Shown here: positions 38,518 to 51,676 of the stretch, one piece after another
How positions within the stretch are numbered: position 1 is the first letter of the stretch
Layout of the letters: every line of letters starts with the position of its first letter
Assembly (NCBI RefSeq): GCF_964204645.1
Contig: NC_134033.1
Coordinates: 640,131-704,130, forward strand
Source: Tubulanus polymorphus
Lineage: Eukaryota > Animalia > Nemertea
Length of the DNA: 64,000 bases
Direction of reading: 5' to 3'
Notes under the pieces: model-generated
What the model was told of the DNA's origin: nothing
Seen by the model: the letters and a program-made list of their open reading frames with translations, nothing else
Databases searched by the model: none
Translations under genes and position numbers: made by a program

Positions 38518-39554
38518 AACTTCTTTTGTCGTCTCAAGGACCTGAAGAAAATAAACATTCATTATAGATCAAACAACTCGGGCACAGTTAGTCAGCTGAA
38601 TACCTGGTATAACAATGAAGTTAAATTATCAGCCGGTTTTCTTCAACCAACTTCTGAGTAACTGCAGCTACAGACTCTTTGTTTAAAAAAAAATCAATGA
38701 AAATAATGACTCACCTTTAGATGGGATATTTCAATCTATCCCTGGTGCTCTACCCTAAGTTTTCAAACCTAGCTGTGTGAACTGTTTGTCACATTGTCCA
38801 GAGAGGTTTATATAGTCACTAGTAACATCGTACATCTTTCATTTACGTAGGCAATCATTAGTTTATTTGACCACTTGTCATTTTTAATGGCTTCCAGTTC
38901 ACTCGGAGGGTCATCCATTTTTTTTCGAGGCTAACGAAGGAATTCTGATTTTCTTTTCGGAAATATCAATTTCGATCGGTGGAAATCGATTCTGCGCGCG
39001 TCCCAATGTGAGCATCGTATTTTTATATCCTATCGCTACATTTAGAACACTTGTCGATACCGATTCATGGGACGCAGGTGTCCGCGAGTGTCGCCATAAA
39101 AATAACCTGCACGTCCGGAAATTCCTTGAATTATCGCAATGTTTAGAAAACCATTGAGAGTAAACAGTTCGTTGAAGGTTGATGCAATCAATTCATAAAA
39201 CTGCGCCCACTCATGGGGTGGTGACGCGGGCTTCGTTGAAATCAAGGACACATTTATCAATTACATTCATGCTTTATGTTTCGGGTGATTTGACTTAACT
39301 CTTTCATAGGCCTACACATTTGGTGGGTATTTTAGGTGAAATTGGAAACAGAGAAATCACGATTAACTTACTGTTAGTATCTAAAAGGGTAACACAGGGC
39401 TCATATTGTAAAAGATAATCTTTTGATTTGCAGTTAAACATCATGCTTAAGTCGTGCACGAATGTGACAGTCGTTTCTCTACGAATTTTTCACTTGCAGA
39501 CAAGAAAAGTCTTGCTGCCTATTCTGCATCAATTCAATATCAAGGAAATCAACA

Positions 39555-39645
39555 AGCAGCAGCTTCTGCAGCAGCACCACCAACAGCAGCACAAGCAGCA
39601 TCAGCAGCAGCACCAGAACCACCACCGGCAGCAGCAGCAGCAGAC
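39555..39645. repeat. CAG/CAC trinucleotide microsatellite
   Basis: Imperfect (cag)n. Confidence 0.8.
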
Positions 39646-42529
39646 TTGTGATTTACTCCGAATTACTTTCGTGCCATTCATGCCTTACCAAATTTCCTAT
39701 GTCTTAGTTCTCTCTCCTTTTATTATTTTTCTGTTAGTGCACATCTTTGTGTCACACATTTTTGTTTTTTGTCTGTTTGTTATTATTGTTGTTTTCTTCA
39801 TTCACAATCTTATACTTTGGATTTATGATGAATAAATTGAAATTGAAATTGAATATAGATCCACGGCCTCTGAAACATTGGGAATTTTACAACTTTTCAT
39901 CATCAATTTCTGTCCCCATTCTTTGCAACTTATTCATTCAATTTCATTCACTTTAATAAGTCCAATTTAGAAATTCCATATTCATAATGCGAACAGAACT
40001 CGAAGCTCATAGCTTCGTATTCTTGCTCCAGGGATGTCTGCATCAATTCAATCCCGAGGAAATCAACAGGCAGCAGACGTTTGAATTACATCCGAATCGG
40101 TCTCCGTACTCGAGACTGTGTCTCGTTCCCTTGAGGCTTTAATGCATAAAAAAACCATAGCGCAGCGAGAAATAATTATTGAAGCAAATAAGAGATCAAT
40201 TTTATTGATTAGTAGTTTTGTTGTATGCTATAAGCTGTGTGTTGCATACAGATGACATTTCAGTGCGGAGCTGCACGCACGAACTGGAGAGACAGAGGAG
40301 AGCCGCAGATCATAGTCAACAAGCTTCATTAAGGATCGACTTAATTAATCGTCTTATCACGTATGTTAAATTTACATATTTCAGTTTTATGATAGGATAG
40401 AAATGAACTGTGTCTTATGTGCCGGTTAATTCTGTGGTGCGGGTTTCATTAGTGGAGCATCATTCAAGCAAAACCATGAGTGCGTTGTGAAACGTTAATG
40501 AACATTAATTTAAATGGACAAATACAATATATCCAGGATCAAGTTCACAGTTTCTTGGGTGGACTGGTGGCCGCTGAGCGCCAGTGATTGGCTATAAATA
40601 TAGACTGGTGGCCGCTTAGCGGCAACCTGTCCGCCCGTGTTGACGTGAGTTTCTGCGGAAGGCAACAAGCGAGGGTTAATTCAGGAATTGGGGCAAGGAA
40701 TTTCATGTTGGGCTCATCGTTGCCTATAAACTATACCAAATAGTAGGATCGGCACTGACAAAGAAAGTATGATTTAGTGTTGGGAAGTTTAGTAAAAATA
40801 TATCATTCATTGTCAACCAGAGACGCGAGTAGAAATAATGACAAATAGACAGACAAATAGACTGACGAGTTTCCAGTTCATTACTGGAACTTCCGCCGCC
40901 GCGAGGAAAGAGGGGGCAGTCAATAGATATGCGGAACTGTTGATTGAGTTCGCTGAACTACAAACACATTCACAATCAATTTCATCTCCTCCCTGATAAA
41001 ACCGATGAAATGTCTAAAGGGCTTGAATACATAGTTGGTTGAGTATTTTGAGAAGATCTTTTTTAAGTTGATTCCATTGAAACTATTTCTAGCTCCAAGA
41101 ACACAACTGAGGATCCAGTTACAAGGTCGGTTTATGAAACATGTCCGCAACATACAGGAAGCTTCAACAAGGACATCTTTGAATTGGTATACTATTAAGA
41201 ATCAGGTTACCAATTACTAAGAAACATCCAGTAAAGCTATTAAAGGGACATTTTTACCGGTAAGCGTCCTAAACGTAGTTCCTTTATTAATAGGCCACTT
41301 CATGTTAAATGAATGCGAGACGGAATGCGGTTTCATCGAGAACAAAATAGATCAGAGATAATAAGATAAAAACTCACTATTTCTATACAGATTTAAAAGT
41401 TTTGAAATAAAGACTTCATTCCATCTTGATTTAAAAACTCATAAATCTGTATATAGTGGGTGTTTCAACATATATTATCTGTGTTCCACGTGTGAGTGTA
41501 CGGGTCATTCTACTGTGAAAAGCAGAGATGTCGCATTTTGTACGAGGAAGCTGTTTCTGACGAACATCAAGAGCTTGTTGGAGACGATTCAGCGATCAAT
41601 TTTTGCTGTACATCGTGTGTGCGCCTGATAGATATATCTATTCTATTCTTGGCAAGTAGAAGAAAATAGACCTGGTACTCGATACAGGTGTGGAGTGTAT
41701 CAATCAACACGTCGCGTCTCCAGTATCGTACATATATTAATACTGCCTACATCATGTTTCAGATCATTAATAATCTATCAGTTCATTATACATAACAAAC
41801 AAAAAACATCTGGATCCCACACACACGTGCACCTTAGTCGCTGTACCACTTATATTAACATTCAGGGGCGGATCCAGCGACCACTGTTGAGCGAGACTAG
41901 CACAAGGCATAATCCAGGACAAACGAAGGGGTCTTTGGGTCCCCCAGAACATTTTGTTGAAGATTATCCGCCTCGTCTTGTGAAAATATGCCACTTTCTA
42001 CTTTTATAGGGACACCCTTTTTTTTACTTTCGGGATGAACAGATGGAAATGGCACGAAATATTCACGACGGTAGCAGCACGTGACTATACGGTGTTCCGA
42101 ATCCGCAGCCGATATTACACAGTGCTCGCTTACCACTCGAGATGCAGTTATTGACCTTTTTGTCGACAACTAAGGGAGATCTAATGCTCGGGTATTGGCA
42201 TGAAGGCTTGTCGTCGTTAATAGCGTAACATCGAGAAACCTATTATTTATCGTGACTGGCAAATTGAATGAGAGTAATTTTTCTAATGATGTCGAGGTCA
42301 TTGTGAACACGCGCATTATCGAGGAAATAATCAAATAACCATTAGACGCCAATTCGGGCCACACTGTCTCGTACGAGATTGATACATATCACGTAATGCT
42401 CATCGTCATCTTCATCATCATCGTAATATATGTCACATCTCTTGGGGCAGCAGTGAAAACCAGCAACACTTTGGCTATCGATGCATGGATCCCCATACAC
42501 AATGTAGGCCTATTATGTATAAGACAGGG

Positions 42530-42643
42530 GTCAGTTGCTCAAAGATTGGTTAGAGTTAACCATATGGTTGACAATATTAAAACTTCATTGTTTCTATGGC
42601 ATTTATCTACCGGTTATCTTCAACCAACTTTTGAGCAACTGAC
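42530..42643. mobile_element. MITE-like element with ~22-bp TIRs
   Basis: gtcagttgctcaaagattggtt ... aaccaacttttgagcaactgac. Partial relatives at ~12880 and ~38640. Confidence 0.65.
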
Positions 42644-43649
42644 AGGATCCTGTCCTAAATTGGATTAAGCTGGATTTATTGATTCATTTGACTTGAAATC
42701 CAGTTCAACAGGGTGTGGACTTACAACTTGATATTCATAACAATCAGAGGAACAAAATACCCATCATGGGCAGTAGGAACAGCTTAGGTAGGCTTTAAGT
42801 GCCATACCATGATGAAACAATAGAAATCCCACTAATTGTTGAAAGATCAAAAATATATTAAAAATAATAGAAATATTTCGGGTGGATTTTACCATCCTCC
42901 TTCAGTCTAAATAGGGGTAAGAACCACCGCCTGAAATAATTCTACTATTTTCATCGATACAACTGTGTTTTGAGTACGGATGATCTTTACAGTGAATTCA
43001 ACTCATAAATCATCGCTTCTAAATCGGTTTTAAGTTTTCCATCGTATTTTGAGGTTTTTTCCGCATTATCATTCGCCTGAGAGACTTTACTAATTAGGTT
43101 TAATGGATCTGTTTATCTTAAGACTTGATTCGGTTTTATGAGACATTGAACAATTAATGAGCCATTCCGCGCAATCAAAACCAGCTTTGACATGATCCGC
43201 CGCGGTGCGGATGATTAATCAAAATGTCTGTTCTGCGGTCTCCCAGGAACTATCGTGCGCGACAACAATCTGAGCCGTTAGCTAATTACAAACATCGTTC
43301 CTTCCTCACCTGGGATTTGAGGTTTCTTCGAGTGGTTTATGCTGCGGATATAGACTATGGGTCTCGTTTACATGAACGCTGGTCGCTAATTACTGAATAT
43401 ATTGATATTGATATCATTTCCATCAATACTGATATAGTAGTAGTCTTTCATATTTACTATTATCATCACACGTGACTCGGTGTTGGTTCTCTTTATCATG
43501 TTTGAATTAGTATTGAACTGTTGTTGGCTTCGTTAATGGTTGCAGTGGCTATGTAAATACTCGAGTGGGCACTGTATGATCTGGTGCAGTGTGGTTGTTC
43601 CAAGCTATTTCAGTGAGGATGAATAAATAGAACCATGAACTTAGTTGCC

Positions 43650-43830
43650 GGTCTAAGCTAAATCTGGTTCTAGCCAATCTCTGACAACTTGAGACTAAGT
43701 TAAGCTCATTTTGGTTAGCCAACCTAACAACATGAGACCAGTCTTAGCTCATTTTGGTTCTATAACCAATCCAACAACTCAAGACCAGTCTAAGCTCATT
43801 TTGGTTCTATAACCTATCTGAAAACGTAGG
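43650..43830. repeat. Dispersed minisatellite-like repeat (taagctcattttggttctataaccaatc)
   Basis: Several tandem units here and again at ~49135-49270. Confidence 0.65.
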
Positions 43831-45972
43831 GCCAGCTAAATTCCATCTAACAATTCGGAGATTTATGTATACAGAGATTTATTTGATACCATGTTTTAAT
43901 GTCAGTAATCATTATCGAGGCATCTAATGCTTTACAGGATCCATGTCCATCACACACGCAGACGACTCTCATTCTGTTTCGTGTCGTCTTCGTCGTGAAA
44001 TTAGCTTTATTAGACTTCTTATAAAGCCGTAATTGGAAGCCGAAAAACTGCCATGTGCTTTCAATAGCTCTCCCATCATCATCACCATCAGCAGCAGCAG
44101 CAGCAGTGGCAGCAGTGGCAGCAGTGGCAGCTAGTACGGTATAGGCCTAGTCGTGCCGTGGCGTGTTGAAGATTACTGGGTGTCATTTTGTGATGCGACA
44201 GTGGTAAAAGCTTAGTGTGAATTGATTTCATGATGCGCCGAGTAAATGTCGTCGACTGCATCTGTTTCTATCTCAAGGGAGAAAGAGACAGAAATCTTCG
44301 GGTTGATTACGAAGGTGTTGCTTGCACCGATTTACGCGTAGTTGATTAGTTCGTCATCGAGGAGGTGTCGCGACGATTTACGTGAAATTGATTACCTCAT
44401 TTTCTCATATGAGAGAAAATAAAGCCTGTATAGGGAAGAGTGGAGGAAGGACGTATAACAGAAAGGGTAGAGATCGTGGGTAGGGGGAGAGAGGGGGGTT
44501 GCTTAGATGCCAGGAGAGGAGACAGAGGGAGATAGGGCAAGGTAAGAGAGGTAGATAGGGAGGGATATAGAGAGGAAGAGAGGTTACTCAATATAGGGCA
44601 AGGTAAGAGAGGTAATGAGGGTGATGAAAGGGATGAGAAAGGGAGGGGTGAAGGATGAGGGTGAGAGAGAGAGAGGGGGTGGGAGATGGAGAGAGGGGTG
44701 AGGTAAGAGAGGGAGAGAGAAAGATAGGGGAGGTGAACCAGGGTATAGCCAACAATTCTTCATAAATCCAGTAATCAAAATTACACTTGTTGAGCTATAC
44801 ATAATCAGAGATAAATCATGTTGTAGTCAGTGTTGTAACCCTTCCTCGCAATCTGTAATATTACTGACAGTAGGCTATGTAATACATTCTTCAATAATCT
44901 GATCACGATCCTCTAAACCAGACGCCGGTCACATGAAGAAGCCGAGCCGTCTCTCTGGGGAGAGAGCGAGAGCGAATATAAATCTGGAACGGTTCATTGA
45001 ATACTAATTTACATCAGGAGAAACAATCGCCGTGATCCGATTACAAACAAGTCTCTTATTCTTCGTTTACCTGTGCTGTGGATATGACGTCATTCGATCC
45101 GACCTTGACCTTAATGCACCGAGCGCTCGACGAGATAAAATCGATAAAAAGTTGACGGTGTAATTCTAGGGGGGATCTTGAATTAGAAAACGGATAGTGG
45201 TTAAGGATCGATTAATCGAAATATTTAACACAGCCTGAAACTTAAAGATATCACAGAAGTATCCGTGGAATGTTATTCAGAAGATAAAGTTATATCAACA
45301 CTGATTACAGAATTACGGATCTGAATGTTTCGCGCAGTTTTTGGGGTTGGTCGCGTTCGATTTTGCGAAGCGAAGAACTTTTTCAGATATATACTGAAAT
45401 CAGTGAACTCTGACGTTGAGCCGGCGGCCCATCAATCAATCTTAGCGTAATCCCGAAATATCCCAGGTGAAAACTCTTTACCCTGACACCCTAGAACAGC
45501 AGCGGTAGCAGCAGCGACAGCATGACTGATGATAGAAATACATGACGTCACACGGTCGACTGGTGACGAGTGATCGATGAGGTTTCCGATCTAATCTCGT
45601 GTTATGTTTTAATCGCTTGAGACGGATACATTTTCTAGATCAATCGATCAATCAAACTAGAATATTAAAAACAAATGATTTTTGCGACGGGCGCCAAGAA
45701 CGCCCTAATCCCCCCCCCCCCTAACCACCACGGCATTCGTCCATCCATAAACAGCCGTCGGCTCCTCCTCATAAATAAACCTGACATTAATGAGGCCGAT
45801 TTTCGTGGGTAATTACTCGGAAGAATATTGCGATGTTGTTTATGCTGCTATTTGTCTCGACTGCGCTCCCAACAACAACAACATGACAAGGAGAACGTTT
45901 ATCGGTCACGAATCCCGAAATATCACCTTAGAGCTTTCGTTATACCTGAATAGAAGATGATGGTTTGCAGAG

Positions 45973-46256
45973 CCATCACACCTGACTGGTCATCAGTCCC
46001 CTCACCTGACTGGTACCAGTCCCCTCACCTGACTGGTTACCAGTCCCCTCGGCCTGACTGGTACCAGTCACCACACTGACCAGGCAAACTTACAATTGCT
46101 ATCTAACACGACTGGTCTATGGTCTAGTGGTTAACACGCTCAGCTGGCGCGCTGAACGTCGCAGGTTCGAGTCCTGCCATGGTTAAGGTCATCGCCGAGC
46201 TAGGGTTAGGGTTATGACCGAGCTAGGGTTAGGGTTACCGTCAACCTAGGGTTATG
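45973..46256 (+). mobile_element. tRNA-derived SINE-like element with TTAGGG tail, copy 2
   Basis: cacctgactggtaccagtcccc repeats, then tggtctagtggttaacacgc (A box), ggttcgagtcc (B box) and gagctagggttagggtt. Confidence 0.6.
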
Positions 46257-46954
46257 GGCTATCAAATTGTAATCAGTTTTGGCACAGCTGAACTCGGTAG
46301 TTTTGAACATTTTCCGTTCAAATGCCTACATTTTGTATCCAAATAAAGTGCCTACATTCATACAAATTCATACGTATTATCATTTCCATTTTATATACCC
46401 GCCTGCCTGTCTGTAATGACTGGAAACTCTGCTCCCTACGGTGACATTTATGGAGTACACTGTAATGTGGAAAATGTTCGATATGAAAAAGAACAGTACT
46501 ACAATGAAAATTGATTGGTATTAAACTACATGTAAATAAAAAATCCCGATGCAGAATAGAAAAACTGAATTAATGGAAAACGATAGAAATGGAGACTGTC
46601 GTCTGTGACGTCACACTGTCTGGTATTTTCGTCTATTTTTACACTTTCGCCACATCTAGTGCGGATGAGCGCTTAAACAGTTCTATCATCAGTTTCCCCG
46701 CAGACAAACTGATCTTTAATGACGTTCTGTCAAATCTATCATGTTCATCAATTTGTTAGCCAATACGATCAATCGACAGGCAGGCGGCTCCCTTCGGTAC
46801 TCCCTCCGTCCTCCCCTCCTTACTTATCACACATTGATCTTTTATCTGTGAATTTACATGACAACGTGTTAGCAGTCGTTTTGATCAAAACCATTCATCA
46901 TCAGTCATCAATAAAAACCACAGCATCCCCAGTACCAGCACCAGTACCGGTAGC

Positions 46955-47060
46955 GCAGCAGCAGCAGCACCACCACCACCAGCAGCAGCACCACCACCAG
47001 CAGCAGCAGAACCAGCACCAGCACCAGTACCAGCAGCAGCACCAGTACCACCACCAGCAG
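46955..47060. repeat. CAG/CAC microsatellite
   Basis: Imperfect (cag/cac)n. Confidence 0.8.
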
Positions 47061-48149
47061 CTCAATTCAAAATCACGATCTATTTTTTTTCGTCAATAAC
47101 TTCTGGCTATTTCTCTGAATCACTCTCTGGGATCCATTTAACACAGAATTCCGATTTCACATCAATTAATTACTAGACATAAAACGAGATGCCAGCTATT
47201 TTAAATAGAACTGCGGGTTTCAATTACTTGCGCAATTCATTTCAACTTCGTGAAAACGGACGTGCACTTTCAGAAAACAAACTGCAGTCCAATCAATGAC
47301 GTCATTGAGAATGAGAAGGTTCTGTCAATCGTAACTGATGAAGACGATTTTTTGAAATTCCAACAAATCAATTTCGTCTGGTGTTAACCGCGTTGCGCGC
47401 AGACGTAGGACTGAATGAGTTTTTTTCCTGTGTTCCCCCACGGGATCAATCACGTTTTGAACCACGTTCAATTTTACACCCAACAGTGCCGAGCGTTGAT
47501 TATAAGTTGTTACCATGGACACGCGTGTGAACGCGCCATATTTGGTGGGTAAGGCACTTAACGTTTGGAGCTAAAATCGTGCGCGCGACCTTGACCGGGG
47601 GTAAGCCGAGATCACAGCATCGGAATTTGACATTTCGTAGTAATATCTGCGCGAACATGGCGGCGTTGAAACTAATATCCGGAACACTGCGGACGAGGAA
47701 CCGGAATAGCACCGCCTGATGTACGGTTCGCCGGAACAATATGTGAAATATGTTCCGCATTTTTATGAAAAAAAAACATTCTTTTCTTTAATTTCTATCC
47801 TCGAGTTTATCGTCGAACTCAAAAGTAGCTGCTAAATAGATTGATCATATTTATCCTGTGGGAGATCAGGTGATCACACTAAGTGTCCATTTAAGCCATT
47901 TGAAATACCGCTATTGGCGATTTCTATCAATGTTCGACGTTGCTATCAATGATCTATACGATTGTTGACCACTAGAGATGTTGCCCAGGGTGATCTTTCA
48001 CCGATTGTTGACCTGTCGTGATGTTGCTATGAGAAGAGGCACGAAGGGGATGTAAGTGGAGATGTTATATTAGATTAATGTTGTTTTTATATCAGATCCG
48101 AATCGGCGATGAAAACACGGTTTGAAATTAATGGTTTGCGCGACACGAG

Positions 48150-48310
48150 GCGAGTGAGAGAGGGAGAGAGAGAGAGAGTGAGAGTGAGAGAGAGGGAGAG
48201 AGAGAGAGAGTGAGAGAGAGGGAGAGAGAGAGAGAGAGTGAGAGTGAGGGAGAGAGAGAGAGTGAGAGTGAGAGAGGGAGAGAGAGAGTGAGAGTGAGAG
48301 AGAGGGAGAG
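48150..48310. repeat. (GA)n/GAGT microsatellite
   Basis: Read directly from the sequence. Confidence 0.9.
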
Positions 48311-50536
48311 CGCTGATGATGCAGCAGCACCGAGAAGTAATCGAGTGATGCTGACTGCCCGTGACAGTAACAGCACTGGAAGCTGACTGATGCTGCTGCT
48401 GCTGCTGCTGCTGCTACCGTCAAATCCATTCTGATATTTATTATTAGTTGAAATATCCAGAGCTGTCGACAGAATTTTCGTGCGTCGACAATTGAAAGTG
48501 ATTGTGTTCGGCTAATATCGGTGTGATTTACACAGGACTCTCTCTCTCTCAACTGTTGTTTGTATTAATTCTGATCTATCGGAGCTATATATCTACACTG
48601 AGACATTCGTCAGCTCTGATCTCTGGTAAACGCTTTAAGCCGGTAAGTTTTGATATGATATTTCGAATAGTATCTCATTAATCGAGATACTGAAACTTCT
48701 GAATGTCTATTTGATGAAATCGCTCACTTTTCGTGGTTTGATAATCCGGGATTCTGCAGCTGCAGGTCCGAACGAGTCTGAGTTTATATTTCACCCATCG
48801 GATAGCGAAGTAATTTCAACTCTAAATTCAAACTCGATCCAGCATGATCTCGTTAAAGTGGAGACAACGTCTTCTTCAGTACTGATAATACATAATTCGC
48901 TAATGGGTTTTGAGATTTTCAAGGCTGCAATTCTCAGTGTAAGAGGCACAAACACAGAGTAAGAGTATACAATAAAGTCAGCTTGAGATCAACTGGTCTC
49001 TGCGTGCTTGGAGTAATGTCTGATCGGACTAATGTTAAATTGTCCACGAGACAGAAACCTCGGAGTATATCAGACTTAGGCCATGCTTATTTTCGTTGAC
49101 CTGTCTTCGTTATATAGCCGATCTAACAAATCTAACAGCCAGACTAAGCTCATTTTGGTTCTATAACCAATCTAAACTTAAAACCAGTCTAAGCTCATTT
49201 CAGCTCTAAAGCCAATCTTACAACTTAAGACCGGTTTAATCTTCATTCTTTTACCAATTCAAGACCAGTTTAAACGCGTAAGAGCCTCATATATATTTAG
49301 CACTAGAATATTGCACTGGGCAGTGAAAATAGAGAGAACTGAGGGAGAGGGAGAGATATATAGAGAGATGTCTCGTCTCGTCTCGTTACGCGCTCGTCAC
49401 ATTTCCCTTAATGACATTATATAATTTCATCGGCTCGTTAATGAATAGCGAATGCAGCCGGGGGCAAGCGAGGAATGAATGTTCGTTAGTGTTCACTTAT
49501 ATTCTGGCGCTGTTATACGCGAGAATTTACGAGATTTTACGATATTTTGACGGCTCGGTATAGCGGGTCTAATCCCCGAACGCGAAAGTGGCTTTTAAAG
49601 CGATTTGTAACGAGTCGTGATTTAAATCTTTGAGATTTCACAGAGCAGAGTTTAATTTTATGAGAATTTTATTTTACGAATTTTGTCGGAATAAGTAATA
49701 ATCAATATTCGATGCTGTTAGACGGTGATTATTGGAGCGACCTCTCATTTATGTATAAGAATAGATGTATAGATCCTAAAAAATCTCGAAATAGATATCG
49801 AAATATCATAAAATATCAACGTAAGATCTCAAAAATATAATCATTGATTGAAGGATATCGGAAAATTATCGGAAAATTGTTTCATCGAATTTAACTCAAT
49901 TTCTGCAGTTATTACGAAGTCATTATCTCATCACAAATCGATTTGAATATCAAAAAACCGTTAGAAACCGTTATTTTACTCAGCGTGAAATCACGAGTTC
50001 GAATCGATTTGAATATAAAAAAACCGTTAAAAACCGTTATTTCTCTCAGCGAGTTCGAATCGATTTGAAAATTGTCGAGATAATTCTAACCAGGGTATAA
50101 CCACCCGGTGTCACGTGACCAAGACTTCCGGTTTTATTGTACTCTGTTCATTCGAGGACAAAGGTTTCAAACTGCGTTTCGCCGAATATTTCAATTTTAA
50201 GTGACTCATTTTTCGATGTTTGTCACGTAGAAATTCTACCTGTTTTGACGAAAACATTGTCTACAGTTTGTTCTATTATTAACACTGTTGTGGTGAGTTC
50301 ATACTTTTATAAATTACCGTTAATTTGTTGTGGAACGTTAACGCGACGGACTCAACTAAAAACTTCGATAAATTCGATTGATAATTTCATTTATCTTGCT
50401 TAAAGACGTTTAGATCGTGTTTTCCTATCATTCATTTAACCTCACGAGGGGACCACGGCTTTTCGTGCCCGCACACTGTAAGCAGCCAGCAGGACTCGAA
50501 CCCACTTGTGTCACCCCTCCTATATAGATCTCATCC

Positions 50537-51676
50537 ATGTATTCCACCGCAAACTCGACGATACTGCCCGCCGTCGCTACGGGGTCTAATTTCTCCTCAT
50601 CGGCGTCGACTGTTAAAACTACAACTTTAAAAATATTCCGGCCGCATTTGCGATGTAAAACGATCCACTACGCCGACTACAAACCGTTTTATCTAAACAT
50701 GTTCTACCAGGTTATGAACTACGTAATCTTCAGCGTCGGTTTATTCGGAGTTTGCGGAAATTTCTTATCGTTTTTGATCTTGTTTTTATCGCGATCTAAA
50801 AACACGAGTATTTTCTATCTGAGATGTTTAGCGGTCACCGATTTATTCACTTGTCTGTCGTTCATCGTGTTCGGATTCTACGCTAAACTCTACAGTCATA
50901 CTCTGTTACTGGACATGAGTTTACCGATTACTCATACTATAAAACGTCTTTATTCGTACACTCAGAACTTCAGAATCACATTTTCGGGAATCAACGATTT
51001 ACTGATCGTACTCGTAGCCGTTGAGAGGTATGTAGTCGTCTGCTGGCCCCTGAAAGCGGCTCAGTTGGTCACGAAGAAGGGCGCGAGAATCAAGGTCGTC
51101 GCGGCCGTATTTGTGACGTTGATATTCGATACCAAACGCTATTTCATGTATAAAACAAACCGAACGATAAACCCGTGCACCGGCTACGAGCGCTGGGCGC
51201 AAAAACTGACCACATTCGGCAAAAGTAAGACTTTAAAATACCTGGATCTGTTCGTCTCGGCGCCATTATTGACCTTGACCCCGGCGGTCGTTGTTCTGGC
51301 CGTGACCGTCAGGTTGGTGTTGACGTTGAAAACGGCGGAAAGCGATCGCGGCGACCTCTCTGGCGGCTCAACCTCGAATAGTAAACCGAGTAATGAGCGT
51401 AGTCTGACGGTAACGTTGATCGCGATATCGTGTTTATTTCTAGTAAAGAAATCCCTCTATCTCTACGGTGCTATAAATAACTTAATCAGTTTCTATCGAG
51501 GGAGTAGCGGTATGGCCGCATCTACCCCTTACACGACTAGGAGTTTGGATTTACTGAGAATGAGTATTGCATCGGCGAATTTCTTTATCTACTGTGCCTC
51601 GAGGCGTCGGTTTCGTAAACAGTTACTCGAGCTGTTCCGATGCGGCGGTACCGCGACGACCTTGAAACAGCGATGA
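50537..51676 (+). CDS. Class A (rhodopsin-like) GPCR, FMRFamide/sex-peptide-receptor-like group; intronless ORF
   Basis: Seven hydrophobic segments, N-terminal N-glycosylation sites (NST, NFS), TM1 GxxGN, TM2 YLxxLAVTD, TM3 VAVERYVVVCWP, TM7 SANFFIY and helix 8 RRFRKQL. Confidence 0.9.
   Translation: MYSTANSTILPAVATGSNFSSSASTVKTTTLKIFRPHLRCKTIHYADYKPFYLNMFYQVMNYVIFSVGLFGVCGNFLSFLILFLSRSKNTSIFYLRCLAVTDLFTCLSFIVFGFYAKLYSHTLLLDMSLPITHTIKRLYSYTQNFRITFSGINDLLIVLVAVERYVVVCWPLKAAQLVTKKGARIKVVAAVFVTLIFDTKRYFMYKTNRTINPCTGYERWAQKLTTFGKSKTLKYLDLFVSAPLLTLTPAVVVLAVTVRLVLTLKTAESDRGDLSGGSTSNSKPSNERSLTVTLIAISCLFLVKKSLYLYGAINNLISFYRGSSGMAASTPYTTRSLDLLRMSIASANFFIYCASRRRFRKQLLELFRCGGTATTLKQR

Noticed and set aside
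39428-39835. Poly-Gln/poly-Ala ORFs here and at 46719-47099
   Set aside because: CAG microsatellites. An acceptor at ~39499 could define an Ala-rich terminal exon, but I found no upstream exons.
42860-42955. Hairpin with ctgaagga...cgaaa on the minus strand resembling a Penelope-type hammerhead (also ctgatga..gaaa at ~63662)
   Set aside because: The catalytic core and stems could not be matched properly by eye. It would need an Infernal or RNAmotif search.
46113-46185. Possible functional tRNA gene (also ~10030-10095 and ~61270-61310)
   Set aside because: A/B boxes are present but there is no convincing acceptor stem, and the copies sit within repeats. Treated as SINE-like.
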